DNA of 61,525 nt, filler included, from Trypethelium eluteriae (taxonomy: Eukaryota), in the NCBI GenBank assembly GCA_051942245.1. It is 3 parts of 3 records of this genome, joined end to end, with 100 filler letters (N's around TTAATTAATTAA, not from the genome) between each part and the next. Parts side by side here need not be neighbours in the genome. Positions count along the whole stretch, not along the records: positions 41,131 to 61,525 come from JAVECL010000499.1; 2 more parts are not named here. One strand, given 5' to 3'. Position 1 is the first letter of the stretch, and every line of letters starts with the position of its first letter. The translations under genes were made by a program, and so were the position numbers. A model generated the notes under the pieces. That model was not told where the DNA came from and did not search any database. It was given only the letters and a program-made list of their open reading frames with translations. Below, one piece after another: positions 59,523-61,525 of the stretch.

Positions 59523-61525
59523 CGAGCCAAATATCCGGATCGGAATACTGAAGCTGTCGTGCCGGTGGGAGGCAAGGTGCAGCTGCGTGCGGCAACAGTT
59601 GCTGTAGTACACTGCGCTGCGCCTGACTCATGATTCTCAAGGATTTGATATTGAAGCCACTTTAGCGTAGCATCATGGCATGGTCTGGGGATGGGATAGC
59701 AGCTCTGACTATCGGATACTGGGACGCACCTCACTGACACAATGGGTTCGGCATCCTACTTCTGCACTCGAGACCTGCTGACTCTCGTATTGGCAATAAA
59801 GATAACGGGATGTCCCCAGTCTCCACAAATACAACGACACGACCATGACGCGAAAAAGTTGTACGCGTCGGGCTGATCGGCAAATAGTTTATGGATGATG
59901 ATTTTCGATCTACCAATCTTGGCTTCCATATGCACATCATGGTCACGTTGAGTTGGAAAAGTGGGCAGATTCCAAAACTGTGTACGAAACCGACTGGAGA
60001 TTTTCCCCACTTGACGCCATTCTCATGTGGCTCCAAGGATATACTAATTGCATGGTTGACGGCTCGGGGCGGTACCAAACATATTTATCACGACCGCTGC
60101 TGTGGGACTGTAATAAAAGTCTATTCTAGAATCCTGAACCTTGGAAATGGTGATTTGGATTCCAGAGAAACTCTACCCTGATACCTTGGAATAGGAGCAC
60201 TAAGCCTATTTTGCATCGGGTCCGGTCTTGGTCAGTCTGATTTCCCTTCCCTACGGCAAGTTCCGAATGTTGAAGAGCCTCGTAAATCAAACGTTCATCA
60301 TAATGTCTAGGACAAGCCTGGAAAGACTCGAGTATGCGTACAATAGCCTCAGGCTTTGTGGAACGGAGTGGTGGCTGCGTCCTCGAACATGTCATGTCGT
60401 TGGGCGATGATCCTTTCTTCAATCTCTTCTCACACCATTCTTGTCGGGCTTAATACTCCAAAAAAAGGTCACATGGACGAATGTACGCCCTCCTACCCAC
60501 ATTAGAGACTGTGATTCATTAGCGGGCTTCGCAAGCAGCGTGGCTGAACAGTCGTCACCTTTTCAGCTTAGCCAAGACGCACTGCATATTGAGACGACGG
60601 TTTCATACGCAGACTGCAGATGGCAATGTAGGTAGCACTTCAGATTCTTCAGTCCCAACGTCTTGTAGTTCCTAACTCGTAACATTACGCGTTGGTAGTC
60701 ATATCAATTAACTCGGATTTCAAAGATGCATAATTAATCCCGCCCTAATGTCGACCGGGTTCGTAATCCTGGTAGGCTTTCCGCCCCGGGTCCCTGTACG
60801 TTTCCGACTCCATCGTTGTAAGGAGTCTGAAGTGATATCTGCTGCCTGCCAGGCCCCCCGTCCCCCGATTCCAAACTTTCTTCACGGGCCAAAGCTTCGA
60901 CGTCGTATGAAAACGGCAACCCCAAGAGATAGTTCCACGATTCATCCCATCCTGGCATTTTTTGAGGACAAAGACAGTCGCATGGGCGCGATCGAGGTAG
61001 GCTATTGGCTCACTTACGCAATTCCCTCCGGATCAGGGCCCCCCCGGTCGGAAAAGCGAGCATATGACTGCACTGGATCATGATCTGAGACATCCCACCG
61101 TTACACGGTACCAGCCGGGTGTAGCTAGCGTGCCGGTCCAGTTTCTCTGTAACCATTTTCCGCAAGCTGCAGGCAGAACTTCTCTCTCATGAGGGCGTGT
61201 GCGTCTTCGTGATGACGAAGAACGATGGAAAAGGCGTGAATGCTTCATCCGAAGATCCGCAGCATGGTTCTCGACGTTAGCGCACAGCCAAGCGAGACGT
61301 GAGTCAAAACGCGGCGGTTCGGCTCCGTGACTGATTATGGATCTCACCTAGTCCGATTAGGCCAGTCTGCCTTCTCGCTGTATTCTTACTGGAGGTAGTT
61401 GGAGGTGAGTCGGCAACTTGTCCCAAGTAGTCAACGGTGAGGACGAGTTGGCCAGTCTCCTTATTTCCTTATAGGGAGCAGGGGAGGGCCAACAGGGCGG
61501 GCGCATGGGCGTGTTACTGCCATCC

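Noticed and set aside
1..61525. Transposons, secondary-metabolite cluster, CRISPR or prokaryotic defence systems
   Set aside because: No transposase/RT motifs, terminal repeats, AT-rich RIP blocks, PKS/NRPS genes or repeat-spacer arrays seen; the sequence is intron-containing fungal euchromatin.

Overview
Eukaryotic, intron-containing DNA from a filamentous ascomycete (Pezizomycotina; Eurotiomycetes-like by protein style, which is an inference). The window is a scaffold of three contigs joined by two artificial 100-bp linkers (N44-TTAATTAATTAA-N44 at 20515-20614 and 41031-41130). About 23 protein-coding genes are supported by manual splicing and recalled family motifs. Recognised genes: TBF1-like Myb telomere factor, lactose/cellodextrin-type MFS sugar porter, nrc-2/Fpk1 AGC kinase, MRE11, RSM19, a TAF10 3' fragment, NPR2, mitochondrial ThrRS, GH31 alpha-glucosidase, peroxisomal ABCD transporter (truncated), VPS37-like (truncated), COX19, a bHLH factor, SFT2, TRP4, DIS3, a Mid2-like sensor and an APQ12-like protein. 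Poorly characterised genes: a HeLo-like/ankyrin protein, a DUF8004-like protein and three hypothetical proteins. No tRNA, rRNA, transposon or CRISPR could be supported. Gene content is mostly housekeeping, and I found no clear novel multi-gene system. Two signals stand out. (1) A recurrent abrupt C-rich to G-rich strand-skew inversion occurs at about 8-9 loci, flips synonymous codon use inside conserved genes and coincides with both assembly gaps. (2) A HeLo-like N-terminal plus ankyrin gene without a NOD domain is a candidate non-self or cell-death component. All family assignments are from recalled motifs, not database searches.
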